Source: Azolla caroliniana (taxonomy: Eukaryota > Plantae > Polypodiophyta). From it: 64,000 nucleotides of DNA. The stretch is from the NCBI GenBank assembly GCA_043228905.1, contig JBHGNT010000016.1, forward strand, positions 1,426,001 through 1,490,000. The letters run 5' to 3'. Positions within the stretch are counted from its first letter, which is position 1. Each line of letters opens with the position of its first letter. This document shows positions 12,350 through 23,560 of this stretch, in pieces. The notes below the pieces were generated by a model. That model had not been told where the DNA came from, searched no databases, and worked only from the letters and a program-made list of their open reading frames with translations. The position numbers were made by a program, and so were the translations under genes.

Positions 12350-12354
12350 GATTT

Positions 12355-12680
12355 ATGGGTGTGGTGGAAGTGTCGGCACAACAAGAAATATGAAGGTACC
12401 GAGTATAATGTGGTGGATATGATAAAGATGTTCTGGGACAACTTGATACACATAGTTAAGGGAGAGTATGATAATATCAAAGAAACAACAGAAAAGGTGC
12501 ATAAGAAAAGAAGGAAGATTCGTCAAATATGGTGGCTAATACCTCTATGGCTAGATGGGACACATGAAAATAGCTGGAATTATGTGCCCCCACGATGCTT
12601 GTTTCCTCCGCCTAGTCCTTTCTTATTTCATTCTTAAGTTGGGATGAAATATATTTCCTTCACATAAGAACATAAATTTG
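12355..12680 (+). mobile_element. L1-type LINE 3' fragment
   Basis: LWVWWKCR...FWDNLIHIVKGEYD...WNYVPPRCLFPPP resembles the C-terminus of the LINE fragments at 20209-20777 and 28290-28790. Confidence 0.6.
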
Positions 12681-12759
12681 AATCTTTTGTGTTTGAGAAG
12701 GAAGTTGATATGTTGGTGATCGTTAGCGATGGTGATATGATTGATGTGGATTGGAGGAA

Positions 12760-12914
12760 GTTTACGGCTAGGACTACTGGGGTATCTAATCCCATTCGCT
12801 CCCCTAGCTTTCGTCTCTCAGTGTCAGTGTCAGCCCAACAGAGTGCCTTCGCCTTTGGTGTTCTTTCCGATCTCTACGCATTTCACCGCTCCATCGAAAA
12901 TTCCCTCTACCCCC
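12760..12914 (-). pseudogene. rrn16: Plastid 16S rRNA fragment (NUPT), V4 end
   Basis: Reverse complement reads GGGGTAGAGGGAATT...GAAAGAACACCA...GAGCGAATGGGATTAGATACCCCAGTAGTCCTAGCCGTAAAC, a chloroplast-type sequence that includes the 806R primer site. Confidence 0.9.
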
Positions 12915-13034
12915 AAAACATGTCACTTAGGGACCCTACTTGGACGAAGACAAGCTGTCGTGTAGGACGGGGTAGGGTGGGTTGCTGGTTAGATCCATCA
13001 CGGATCGTACATGGACGATAGTTGGAGTCAGCGG
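12915..13034 (+). pseudogene. Plastid trnA-UGC group II intron fragment (NUPT)
   Basis: AAACATGTCACT...GGATCGTACATGGACGATAGTTGGAGTCAGCGG resembles the trnA intron of the plastid inverted repeat, from recalled sequence. Confidence 0.7.
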
Positions 13035-14308
13035 TTTATTTTCTATTTTTTATAACGATGAGTGACAATGTTGTAGAGGCTGAAGTTGATATCATGAGAA
13101 GGATGTTGGCGGGCATCGACGAGAGGGCAAGATGGTCGGAGACATCGATAGGTTGATGTGGTTTGAATGAAGAAGACTTTAGGTTTCTCACTACAATGAC
13201 TGATGATGGTGTGGCGGTATGGATTGAAGCATAGTAATATGATGAGAGGATGAGTGATGATGGTGTGGGGGCCGAAGCAGATCATGAGGGGAGGAGGAAA
13301 TAGTCTAGATTCATTTTGTTGTTATTTAGATAGGAATTTGGCGATATTCGGCGAGATGGTTGATGTGGACTGAATGAAGAATTTTTTGTGATTTGTTTGT
13401 TTTTGTCAGGATGAGTGATGATGTTGTAGGGGTTGAAGCTATTATCACGGGAAGGAAGTTGATATGTTGTTGATCATCGGCGATAGCGAGATGATTGATG
13501 TGGATTGGAGGAAGTTCATTTTCTGTTTTTTGTAAGGATGAGTGATGGTGTTGTATGGGCTGAAGCTATATCATGAGAAGGTGAGGAACTTTTTAGATTC
13601 ATATTTTGTTATATGTATAGGATGTTAATGATAATCGACGATATGGCAAGATGGTCGGCCAGATGTTAATGAGGATTGAATGAAGATGATTTTATGTTGT
13701 TCATTAGGATCAGTGATGATGATGGTAGAGATTGAAGCAAATTGTCAAGATGAGACGATGATTGATGATGGTGTAGAGGCCAAAGCAGAGCATGAGTAGG
13801 AAACATTCTACACTCATTTTGTTGTTATTTATACAGGAATCTGGTGGTAATTGGCAAGATGGTTGATGTGCACTGAAGGAAGAATATTTTCTTTGTGATA
13901 AGGATGAGCGAAGATGATGGGGGGGTCGAAGCTGACTATTATGAGTAGGTGAGGAAATTTTTAGACTCATTTTTTGCTGTATGTACAGGATGTTGGTGGG
14001 CATCTCCAAGATGGCAAGATGGTCCGCGAGATCCAATTGTTGATGTGGACTAAATGAAAAAGATTTTAGGTTTTTCATTATGTTGAGTGATGATGGTGTG
14101 GCGGTAGGGATTGAAGTATAGTAACATAATGAGAGGATGAGTGATGATGGTGTGGGGGTTGAAGCAGATTATGAGGGGGGAGGAAATAATCTAGATTAAT
14201 TTTGTTGATTCGTTGGTCTTCTCATAGAGCCTTGAGGTGCCCACAAGAAGGATGCTCTTCAACGTTAGTGTTGGATGCTCTTCAAATCGGCTCAACCTTG
14301 GTTGATAC

Positions 14309-17300
14309 TGTTGAGAGATCAAGCTCAACTTAGTTTAGTTAGTTGGTCAACACATGTAACTTAGTAGTTACCTAGATAGAATCTAGTTGGTGTGTTGACC
14401 ATAAAATCTTAAATAGGATTTTGTACTTGAGTGGGATACATTGTAGACCCACCACTCCATGCTCATTTAATATAGGACTTACACGTTGCACTTATATTCT
14501 CCTAGCACATGTGCACCCTTGCACATGAAACCTATATATACCTCATTGAAGGTATTTTTGTATTTGATGATAGTTGATGATATTTACCTTTTAATATACT
14601 TTATCATCCCCCATCTTGTTTTTATGTTCATAAGTGTACTCCTCTCTCTTCCTCTCACGCACACATACACGCACATATCACTTAATCTTCCGCTACGTAA
14701 TCACATAATTAGGTAATAATTATTCCTTAGTTAATTAACTATTCCTTAACATGGTGTCAGAGCGTGTGGTTTAGCATATCCACTAAGTCCACCCGACACT
14801 CCGTGATTGTGTATTCAAAATGCCGACGACAAATTCTGGCCATCCTCTACCGTAGCGCCGCTACGTAGCACAAGTACGTGATCGAAGAAAGAAGAGCCAA
14901 AAAGGAAGACACAAAACAATATGAACACACAAATGGGTAGCTCGCACCCTAGCGAAAAGCTAGACCGGAGCAATTATTCCTCTTAGGAGTACAAGATGAC
15001 CCAATACCTCGTCGGCCAAGGGTATTGGAGCTACATCAACGGTGCACTCGAGAACAAGCTCGAGAACACAAATGCCAACTACCCAACATGGGCGCAAGGA
15101 GCTAGTCGGGTAATGTATTGCTTGGCAACATGTGTCCACGACCATATGCTTAGCCACATTCGAGACACCAAGACGCCTAACGAGGCGTGGGAGAACTTAA
15201 AGAAAATGTTCGCCACCAACACGACTGCCCGCAAACTTCAACTCCGGCAAGAGTTGAATAACATTCGGCAAAAAGACATGTCCGTGTCGGACTACACCGC
15301 CAAAATCAAGAGCATTTGTGACTCGCTTGGCTCCATCAACATAAACGCCGACGAAGAGGAGATGGTTCAAGTATGCTTGGACGGCCTCGCACAACGATTT
15401 GATCCACTATGGACGGTAATCTTGGCGAGAGATAACCCTCCTTTGTTCTTCGACCTCCAATCGATGTTATTGGACAAATGTTCTTCTCGAATTCGGACGG
15501 TGGTCGTGGAAGAGGTCATGGCGGTAGAAGAGGAAGCCATCGAGGAACCTTCGAAAGAAGGGGGAGCTTCCAAGCCGAACAAGGTCGGCAAATGAGGTCC
15601 ACAACTTGCAATTATTGCGGCAAAATTGGCCACTATGAGGCGGAGTATCGGAAGAAAAGAAGCGAGTCGGCGTCGACAAGTCGACAACTCACAAACTACG
15701 CCAACAACTCCGAATACGATGATTACGACAGACTATTCATAATGAGGCATAGAGCGAACTCTATGAAGGCCTCCAACTCCGCAAGCGCCTACAACTCGAA
15801 AGACGTGTGGTTCGTCGATTCCGGCACCTCACATCACATGACATCTCACGAAGAGTGGTTTCGTGATTTACGAACGCCGGATCGACCTGGCTTCATAGAG
15901 ACGGGAGATGACACCACGCACCCCATTCGGCACATCGGCAATGTCTCATTTGGGAAAGAAGGCGAGCAAACTTGCATAAAGAATGTCTTGCACGTGCCCA
16001 CAATAACGAAGAATTTGGTCTCGGTCGGCCAAATCATGGAGCAAGGCATGCAAGTCCGCTTCAACAACGAAGGTTGTTTGATTGAGAAAGATGGCTGACT
16101 CATAGCGAAGGGGCGGAGAGACGGCCGAATATTCATCCTCGATTCGAACGAGGTGAAATCGGCAATGTACGCTAAAGGTCTCAAAAACGAGACAAACATC
16201 GAGTTGTGGCACAAAAGAATCGGCCACATCAACCTCCAATGGCTCTGAGCTATGCAAACAAAGGGAGTCATCATCGGACTTCCGACATTCGAGTCGAAAC
16301 GAGTCGACCGAGTATGTGAAGCGTGCCAACTCGGCAAACAACATCGACTCCCATTCTTGAAGGAGAGCTCCGCAAGCAAAGGCCTCCTCGACGTCATACA
16401 CTCAGATGTATGGGGACCGGCTCAAATGCCGACGATCGGCGGATGCCGATACTACGTAACCTTCATCAACGACTACTTGCGCTAGGCGTAGATCTACCCG
16501 ATGAAGAAGAAGAGCGAAGTGTTCTCCCACTTCCAAAAGCTTAAGGGGCAAGTCGAAAAAGAAACTGGTCGGCACATTCGATGCCTACGATTGGATGGAG
16601 GAAAGGAGTACTTCTCCAACGAGTTCACCTCCTACCTCCAAAGTGAAGGCATTCGGAGAGAATTCTCATGCCGACACACACCCCAACAAAATGGAGTCGC
16701 CGAAAGGAAAAATTGGCAAATACTCGAGGTAGCATGCGCCCATGATGCATGAGAAGCACATGCCGAATTTCTATTGGGCCGAAGCGGCATCCACGGCCGT
16801 CTATCTCATGAACCGGTGCACCACCAATGGAGTCCATGAGCTAACTCCATACAAACTCCTCGTCAGAAGGAAGCCGACCCTGTCGCACCTCAAGGTGTTC
16901 GGAAGCATTGCAAATGTACACATTCCGAACGAACAACGACAGAAGCTCGACGTGAAGTCGGAGGAATGTATCCTCATAGGATACTCATCCGAGAAGAAGG
17001 CGTACAAGTGCTACAACCCTTCTACCCGAGTGGTTCTGGTAAGTCGAGACGTAATCTTCGACGAGTCCACATCTTGGTACGCACCAGAGACAACTTTGAC
17101 TCCGACTCCGCTCGACCCGGAATCCGCCGAACAAGATGTAGAAGATGGAGATCTTTTCGAACACATGTTCGAAGAAAGTCCGATCACAGCAAAGCCTAGT
17201 GGGCCACAAGAGCCCCAACGCGACCCAAGCCCGTCGCAGCCAAGTACGAACTTGGACAAAGGCAAAGGTAAAATGCCCGAATACGAAGTCGATCACCCCG

Positions 17301-18055
17301 ACGACAATGATTCAGATGGATCGGCTCCCTCACTTGACAGTGAGTTTGGTTTACCCATCATGCGTACACCCGGAGGAAAGAAGGAGCTCACATCAGTGAG
17401 TGAAAAACTTTGACGCTCTTCTAGAGAGAAGAATCCTGTCACTCGGCTCGGCTACAACGAGTATATGGCCCATCATTACGCCTTCGCGATGAAGGTAACA
17501 ACCGAACTGGATGGAAGCTGCACAGAAGCCGACATCGGAAGCCGGACAACACCGAAAACAACGCCGGATGTTGGAAGCCTCACACTTGAGCTTGAGGGAG
17601 TGTGTTGAGAGATCAAGCTCAACTTAGTTTAGTTAGTTAGTCAACACATGTAACTTAGTAGTTACCTAGATAGAATCTAGTTAGTGTGTTGACCATAAAG
17701 CCGTAAATAGGATTTTGTACTTGAGTGGGATACATTGTAGATCCACCACTCCATGCTCATTTAATATAGGACTTACACGTTGTACCTATATTCTCCTAGC
17801 ACATGTGCACCCTTGCACATGAAACTTATATATACCTCATTGAAGGTATTTTTGTATTTGATGATAGTTGATGATATTTACCTTTTAATATATTTTATCA
17901 TCCCCCATCTTGTTTTTGTGTTTATAAGTGTACTTCTCTCTCTCTTCCTCTCTTCCTCTCATGCACACATACACACACATATCACTTAATCTTCCGCTAT
18001 GTAATCACATAATTAGGTAATGATTATTCCTTAATTAATTACCTAATCCTTAACA
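14309..18055 (+). mobile_element. Ty1/Copia element, internally deleted (gag-PR-IN, no RT/RNase H), with nonsense and frameshift mutations
   Basis: LTRs 14309-14751 and 17603-18055 (TG...CA); PBS TGGTGTCAGAGC 14752-14763 (tRNA-iMet); PPT GAGGGAG ~17594; TSD GATAC/GATAT; CNYCGKIGH, WFVDSG, LWHKRIGH, IHSDVWGP, PQQNGVAERK. Confidence 0.93.
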
Positions 18056-19700
18056 GATATGTATGCTAAATGTGGTATGCTTGCAAAATCAAAACAAATG
18101 CTTTAAGAGCTTCCTATTCGAAATGAAGTCTCTTTGTCTTCACTAATTTTTGGATATGCCCAACAATGTCGAGGCTACGAAGCACTGAAATGCTTTGGAA
18201 AGGATGAGATATGAGGGTTATCTTGTCGATGCAATCACCTTCATTTGCATCATGAAAGCTTGTGGTACCATAGGTGTTTGGAACAACCAAGGAACTGTTG
18301 GAAAAGTTTGTTTTTCAAGATGTGAATAGCTTGGAATGCACTCATTATAACATATGTCCAGCATAGACACGACCACAAAGCACTCGACTCATTTGAACAA
18401 ATGCAAAGCATGGGCATCTCTCTAGATATGGTTACTTTTATATGTATCTTCAAGGCATATGGGAGTACTGGAGCCATAGAGAAGGGGAAATAAATTCATC
18501 ATATTATTTCTAGTAAAGGGTTTATTGGAGAAAGATATTATGCTTGGCACTGCGTTGGTTGATATGTATGTGAAATGTGGATGTCAATTATAAAAATGAT
18601 GCCATTTTCAAATTAACCTACAATTGGAGGTTGGGAAATTGAGTTTCGATCAGGCAATACCATTGGATTATAGTTGAATGTAAGAATATGTTTGTTTATT
18701 GATGATTGCCATAGATCCTTCAATGATGTTTGGGTATCCAAAGTCGTTCTCATGCTTATGGGATAACTGAAAATGGCACAGGACAAAAGGTCATGTGGCA
18801 TTATAGTAGCAACTAACTTGTTGCAAAAGCTTCCCAATGAACCTTCTTTATCATCATGGATGGTTATTTTAAGATATTGCCAACTTCATGGGAATGTTGA
18901 TGTGGCAAAAGAAGCAATTGAATTTATCATCAAGTTGGCGCAAAAAAAAACAAAAAAAACTGCGCACTGTCTTTTTTGTGGAGGTTGACTATGCATCTTG
19001 TTGATTTGGAGAATGGGGAAAAAGAAAGAATATAGTCTCTTGAACAACACTGTTTTCAAGTTATGCTGAAAATGAGGGTGGGGAGGATGCTCTTATGCCA
19101 CTCATGATACATCGGGAAGGCATATCTCTGAATGTTGTGGTCAGTATTTTAATAGTAGAAAAAGACAATAAGTGCACAACAATATCTGCAAACAAGGTCA
19201 ATTGGTAGTCTCTTCAATACTTGGTTGACAATGATATACCTTCAAAAACAAGCATCATCAGGTGCAAGAGAAGGGTCACTATTTTGGCACTGTTGGAGCT
19301 TTCGGTGAGGTGCATGAAGATGGATCAATCAACAAGGAATTTCAAGAACTTTAGGAATTGTTTACTAGAGGAAAATTGTTCCAAACGAATCAATACTTTT
19401 TCTTACAAAGAGATGCAAAAAAGAAGGAAACCTGGCTTGTGTTAAGCAATAACCTTATTATAAAAATGGTTTGTTAGCAGACATCATTATTGCAAGTAAG
19501 ATGATAGACATGATAACCATACAATTGCAAGTGGATATGACTTGAATGTCTTTGTGAGAAATGCTCTTATAGACATGTATTGCAAGTGCAAAGACACTGA
19601 CAATGCAAGCAGATTATGAAGAAACGTGAGATGTCTGCTAAGATTGAAAGAACGGGGTTGCTGAATGAACATTTTTCTTGGATATGCTGAATATGAATAA
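18056..19700 (+). pseudogene. Degenerate PLS-class PPR gene fragments (including E-domain-like part)
   Basis: The Copia insertion splits TLVD|MYAKCG; DVxxWNALI, LVDMYVKCG and W..IL..CQLHGNVDVAKEA motifs with many stops and frameshifts. Confidence 0.8.
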
Positions 19701-19965
19701 GATTGGCTAGAAAGATTATTTATCTTTACCTAGAAAGATTGGCTACAACCGTTTGACATGGCTATACAATATTTGTTGTAATATTAGATTATCTTGTATA
19801 TTGCCCACTTTAATTTTAATACCAATAGAGGATAGTTTTTTATGGAAAAATAATAATAATTTAATAGGTTGATGTAATTCTTCGCTTGGTAGTCAGAATT
19901 GAGATCCGAAAAGTCTGTCATGAACCTCGTGATGAAGGCTTCATATTGACGTGATGAATTAGTTG

Positions 19966-21830
19966 GTTTCCCTTAAAAGTGAACTTCATATAAGAAGTAA
20001 GATGATTCTTTGGTCATGGCATCTCAAATACAAAATGAGGTCTACAAAATGCATATGCTTTTATGCCCATTAAGCCGAAACCGAACTGTTGCACATTCCT
20101 ATGCATTGATTGTTAAGAATTATTTTGAGTTGGTTTAGATGGATGTAAAACTATTTTCTTAATTGGAGATCTCGATGAGGAGATCTATATGGAATAAACT
20201 AGAGGGTTTTTATTTATTTTATGCACCTTAGTATATTACTTGAATACTCTACATAGAAAAAATAGAAGGAGACATTTCATCTCACTTCTTATTGTAAGAT
20301 ACAAAAGCTAGTACATATGATCAAACAGATGATGTCATATATGAAACAAGTAGAAAAGTATTATCAACTATCCAACATAAAAGAAGGTATGGCATAATTC
20401 CACTTCGGACTAGTAGTTGTACCCGAAAATAAGTGAAGTTCTTGCCATCGGTTCATAAAGGCCACTAGCTATTGCCATAGAACATCATATGAACCCTGTA
20501 GATCATCATATTGAACACATAGTGTGTGAACAAATAACATCCAGAATTCAATAAGCATAGTGTTGAGATGTATGTGGATGGGATGTGGACATTGTTAAAA
20601 ACATAATCACATCTCGCTTTCCATATTATCCAAAGAGCCAATGACGTAATAGTAGGCCAAATAACTAGTTTTCTAATTCTGAACCGTGGAATAGAAGAAG
20701 GAAACGAGGTGAGAGAGATGTGTCCATAAGAAAAATGAAAAACACGAGAAGCATGCGTACTTTCATACCTCATAACCATGGAATAAACTAAAGGGTTACG
20801 AGACTTGTGAAATAGTACATTTGGAATACAAGCTTAAGAAGAGCTTGTATGGACTTATGTAGTCCCCTAGAAAGTGGCACAGAAAGTTTGATGCCTTTAT
20901 GGAGTCACAAGATTATAATAGAAGCAATGACATTTCTTATCTGTCATGAAGAAATGTCTAAATGGGACTTACGTGATTTTTATACTCTATGTAGATAACA
21001 TGTTTATTGGTAGGAAAAATAGCTTGTTAAGTTATCTATGTTGAGGTAAAATATGAGTCAAAGATTTGACATCAATTGTTTAGGGAAATGCAAAACATAT
21101 TCTTGGCATGTATATTACTCACAACAAGAGTAATTGTTTTATTTATCAGTCTCAATATATATACAAAATACTCAAGAGGTTTAGTATGCAGAGTGCAAAA
21201 CCTTGGAGCACACCACTATCTATGCATGTAAAACTGAACAAGAGTGAATGCCCAAATATGATAACGAAAAGGAAATCATGAACAAAATTCTTTATCAATC
21301 TATTGTTGGTAGGCTCATGTGTGCTTATGATAGAAACTAGGTCGTACGTTGCATTTGCAGTGGGAGCTATGTTTAAGTGATGATAATGTATCTATTATTG
21401 GACACAAGACCTTGGTAAGAAACATTGGGAAGTAGTTAAGATGATATTAAGATAAGTGTCTATATTTAAGTGATGGCAATGTATCTATTCTTGGATACAA
21501 GACTCATACTATGCAAAAAATCCACTTTAGGATACATTTATTCTTTTGCACTTTAGGATACATATACTAGTTTGTGGGAGGTGCCATCTATTACAAATAA
21601 GGTCTCTAAGATTTTACTACTCTTATCTATTAAAGCATAGGGTATGTTGCAACTAGTGAGGCATGTAAGGAAGGTCTATGACCTTCCAAACTAGGTTGTG
21701 ACACGTGCATACGTCAGCTTGTGCCCTTCTTGTTTTGTGACAACCATGAGTGTCATTTCTTGGCTAAAAAAACATTTTATCATACGAAGGCCAAACATAT
21801 TGGAGTGTGATGCATTGAAACGTTGTTGTC
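19966..21830 (+). pseudogene. Degenerate Copia RT/RNase H, interrupted by a LINE
   Basis: MDVK.IF..GDLDEEIYME, LKKSLYGL, LYVDNM and FYHTKAKHI remnants. Confidence 0.75.
20209..20777 (-). mobile_element. 5'-truncated L1 LINE insertion
   Basis: 20-bp TSD ATGGAATAAACTA(G/A)AGGGTT (20189-20208, 20778-20797); T-rich tail at the left end; LWIIWKARCDYVFNN motif. Confidence 0.85.
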
Positions 21831-21839
21831 ACTTCATGG

Positions 21840-23560
21840 GTGTTACTTAGCACAATCTTCCCGTCATGTTCGCCCTCCACATTACTGATTACATATCAAT
21901 TTTGCATACATATCAATGAGCATATTACTAATTACAAGATCATGCTTCAAACCCTGTTTGCATATACTGTTGTGCACTTATTGTCCTTTTTCTACTATTC
22001 GAATACTAGCCACGACATTCAGAGATATACTAGGTCCTTCTGAATGCCTACATGAGCGGTATATAAGATCATCCTCCCCACACTCATTTCCAGTATATCC
22101 TGAAATCAGTGTTGTCCAAGAGACTATATTCTGTAATGGAAGTCTTTTGAACACATTGAGTGCCTTTGCGAAAAAGCCACATTTCATATACATATTTAGC
22201 AAGATAGTATACTTGTCTCAAGATCTTGCAACATAGTGCAAGCCTTGAGCAAAGACACATAAGGTGTCCATTAAAATAATCCATTTTATAGCATCATAAG
22301 CTTGGCCACATTGAATACATCTCGTGATGTGAGCATTCCAAGCAACAATAGTTTTCATGGGTAGTTCAGTGAATACTTGTTCAACTTTTACAGGTCACCA
22401 CATTTTGCATACATCTATACGAAACTACTTCCAAGATGGGTAATCTTTGCTAGAAAACCTCTTTGGAGAATATGAGAGCCTTTAAAATGAAAATGAAATG
22501 ATATCACATTAGGAGAAAGCCCTTCACTTTGCATACGTTCAAAACATTTCAGTGCTTCAAATCCATCTCCTGAAATCAAAATAGTCCAACATAGCCATCA
22601 AGTCCAAAATAACACAAGATGCAAGCCTCCCAAGGCCAAAATCACTATATTCCACATCCTCATATCTCTAAGTTGAAGCTTTGAAAATATTTCTTATGCC
22701 TCTAAAGTAAACCACAAAAAATCTCAGGATATGTATGTAAAATATGGCACAATTGTCAAAGCACAAGAAGTATTTGACAACCTTCCAACTTAGAACATAG
22801 TAACATGGAATAAGTTAATATCAAGATATGTTGAGCATGGAAATGGTGATGAAGCTCTCAAGCTTTATGAGAGAATGCAACTTGAGCGTGTGCGAAATGT
22901 AATTATAGGAAGATTGGACTCTTGGACTATTTTTGCATATTGCCTCTGGCCACTTTAATTTCAATACCAATGGAGGATATTTAAAATATAAAAAACCCCA
23001 CAAAAAATCTTTGTTGGGCCATGCTCAACATATCTTGTAATCAATGCATTCCACAAGAGAACATCTCTGATTGCAAGCGTATCAAATACATCTTGTGCAT
23101 CTAATAGAGATCAAGACCTAACATACATCCCTATCACACTATTCTCAATACAAATATCAATTTTGAGACCATCCCATAAAATCTCTGCATACAGTCTTTG
23201 TACTTTCTCAACGTGTCCAACTCTTCCACATGCTTTCAAGCATCACAAATATGTTACATTATTTGGAGCAATCTCCTCCAACTTCATTAACTTGCTGAAT
23301 ACATTTCAAAACTTCACTAAAAGGCCCACGTTCGGCATATCCCACAATCAATGAATTCCATGATACATAGATATGAACCTTCAATGCTTCTTCAGCATGC
23401 TCATGTTCATGTTCAACATAATTTGCAATCAACACATTGCAAGCTATTCCATAGATAGAAACCAAAGTAGCTGCATCTTGAGGCAAGCTCGCACAACTCC
23501 TAGCTTTGAACCATTTCAATCCTTCTTCAACATGCTCATAGTTAGCAACACATAAGACCT
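21840..23560 (-). pseudogene. Degenerate PPR fragments, mostly minus strand, with a plus-strand piece at ~22730-22890
   Basis: NMYMKCGFFAKALNVFKRLPLQNIVSWTTLISGY and VSWNSLIVGYAERG; 21950-22140 is an inverted paralogue of ~19025-19200. Confidence 0.8.

Larger units (their letters stand above)
9280..12352 (-). mobile_element. 5'-truncated LTR element: gag, then an acidic repetitive ORF, then a probable 3' LTR (~9280-10570); no pol seen
   Basis: Minus-strand terminus ...AGAACCTCGGCGGTTCC...CACGACA resembles the LTR end at 33478-33531; minus-strand TATA near 9630; gag-like ORF related to the gag at 33573. Confidence 0.6.
12690..14210. repeat. Degenerate tandem (satellite-like) array rich in GATGAGTGATGATG
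   Basis: Recurring GGATGAGTGATGATGGTGTAG/GGGxTGAAGC and GTTGATGTGGAxTGAATGAAGAA motifs. Confidence 0.75.

Noticed and set aside
12760-12914. Bacterial contamination or a functional rRNA gene
   Set aside because: Only 155 bp, chloroplast-type, mutated, and embedded in a nuclear repeat unit
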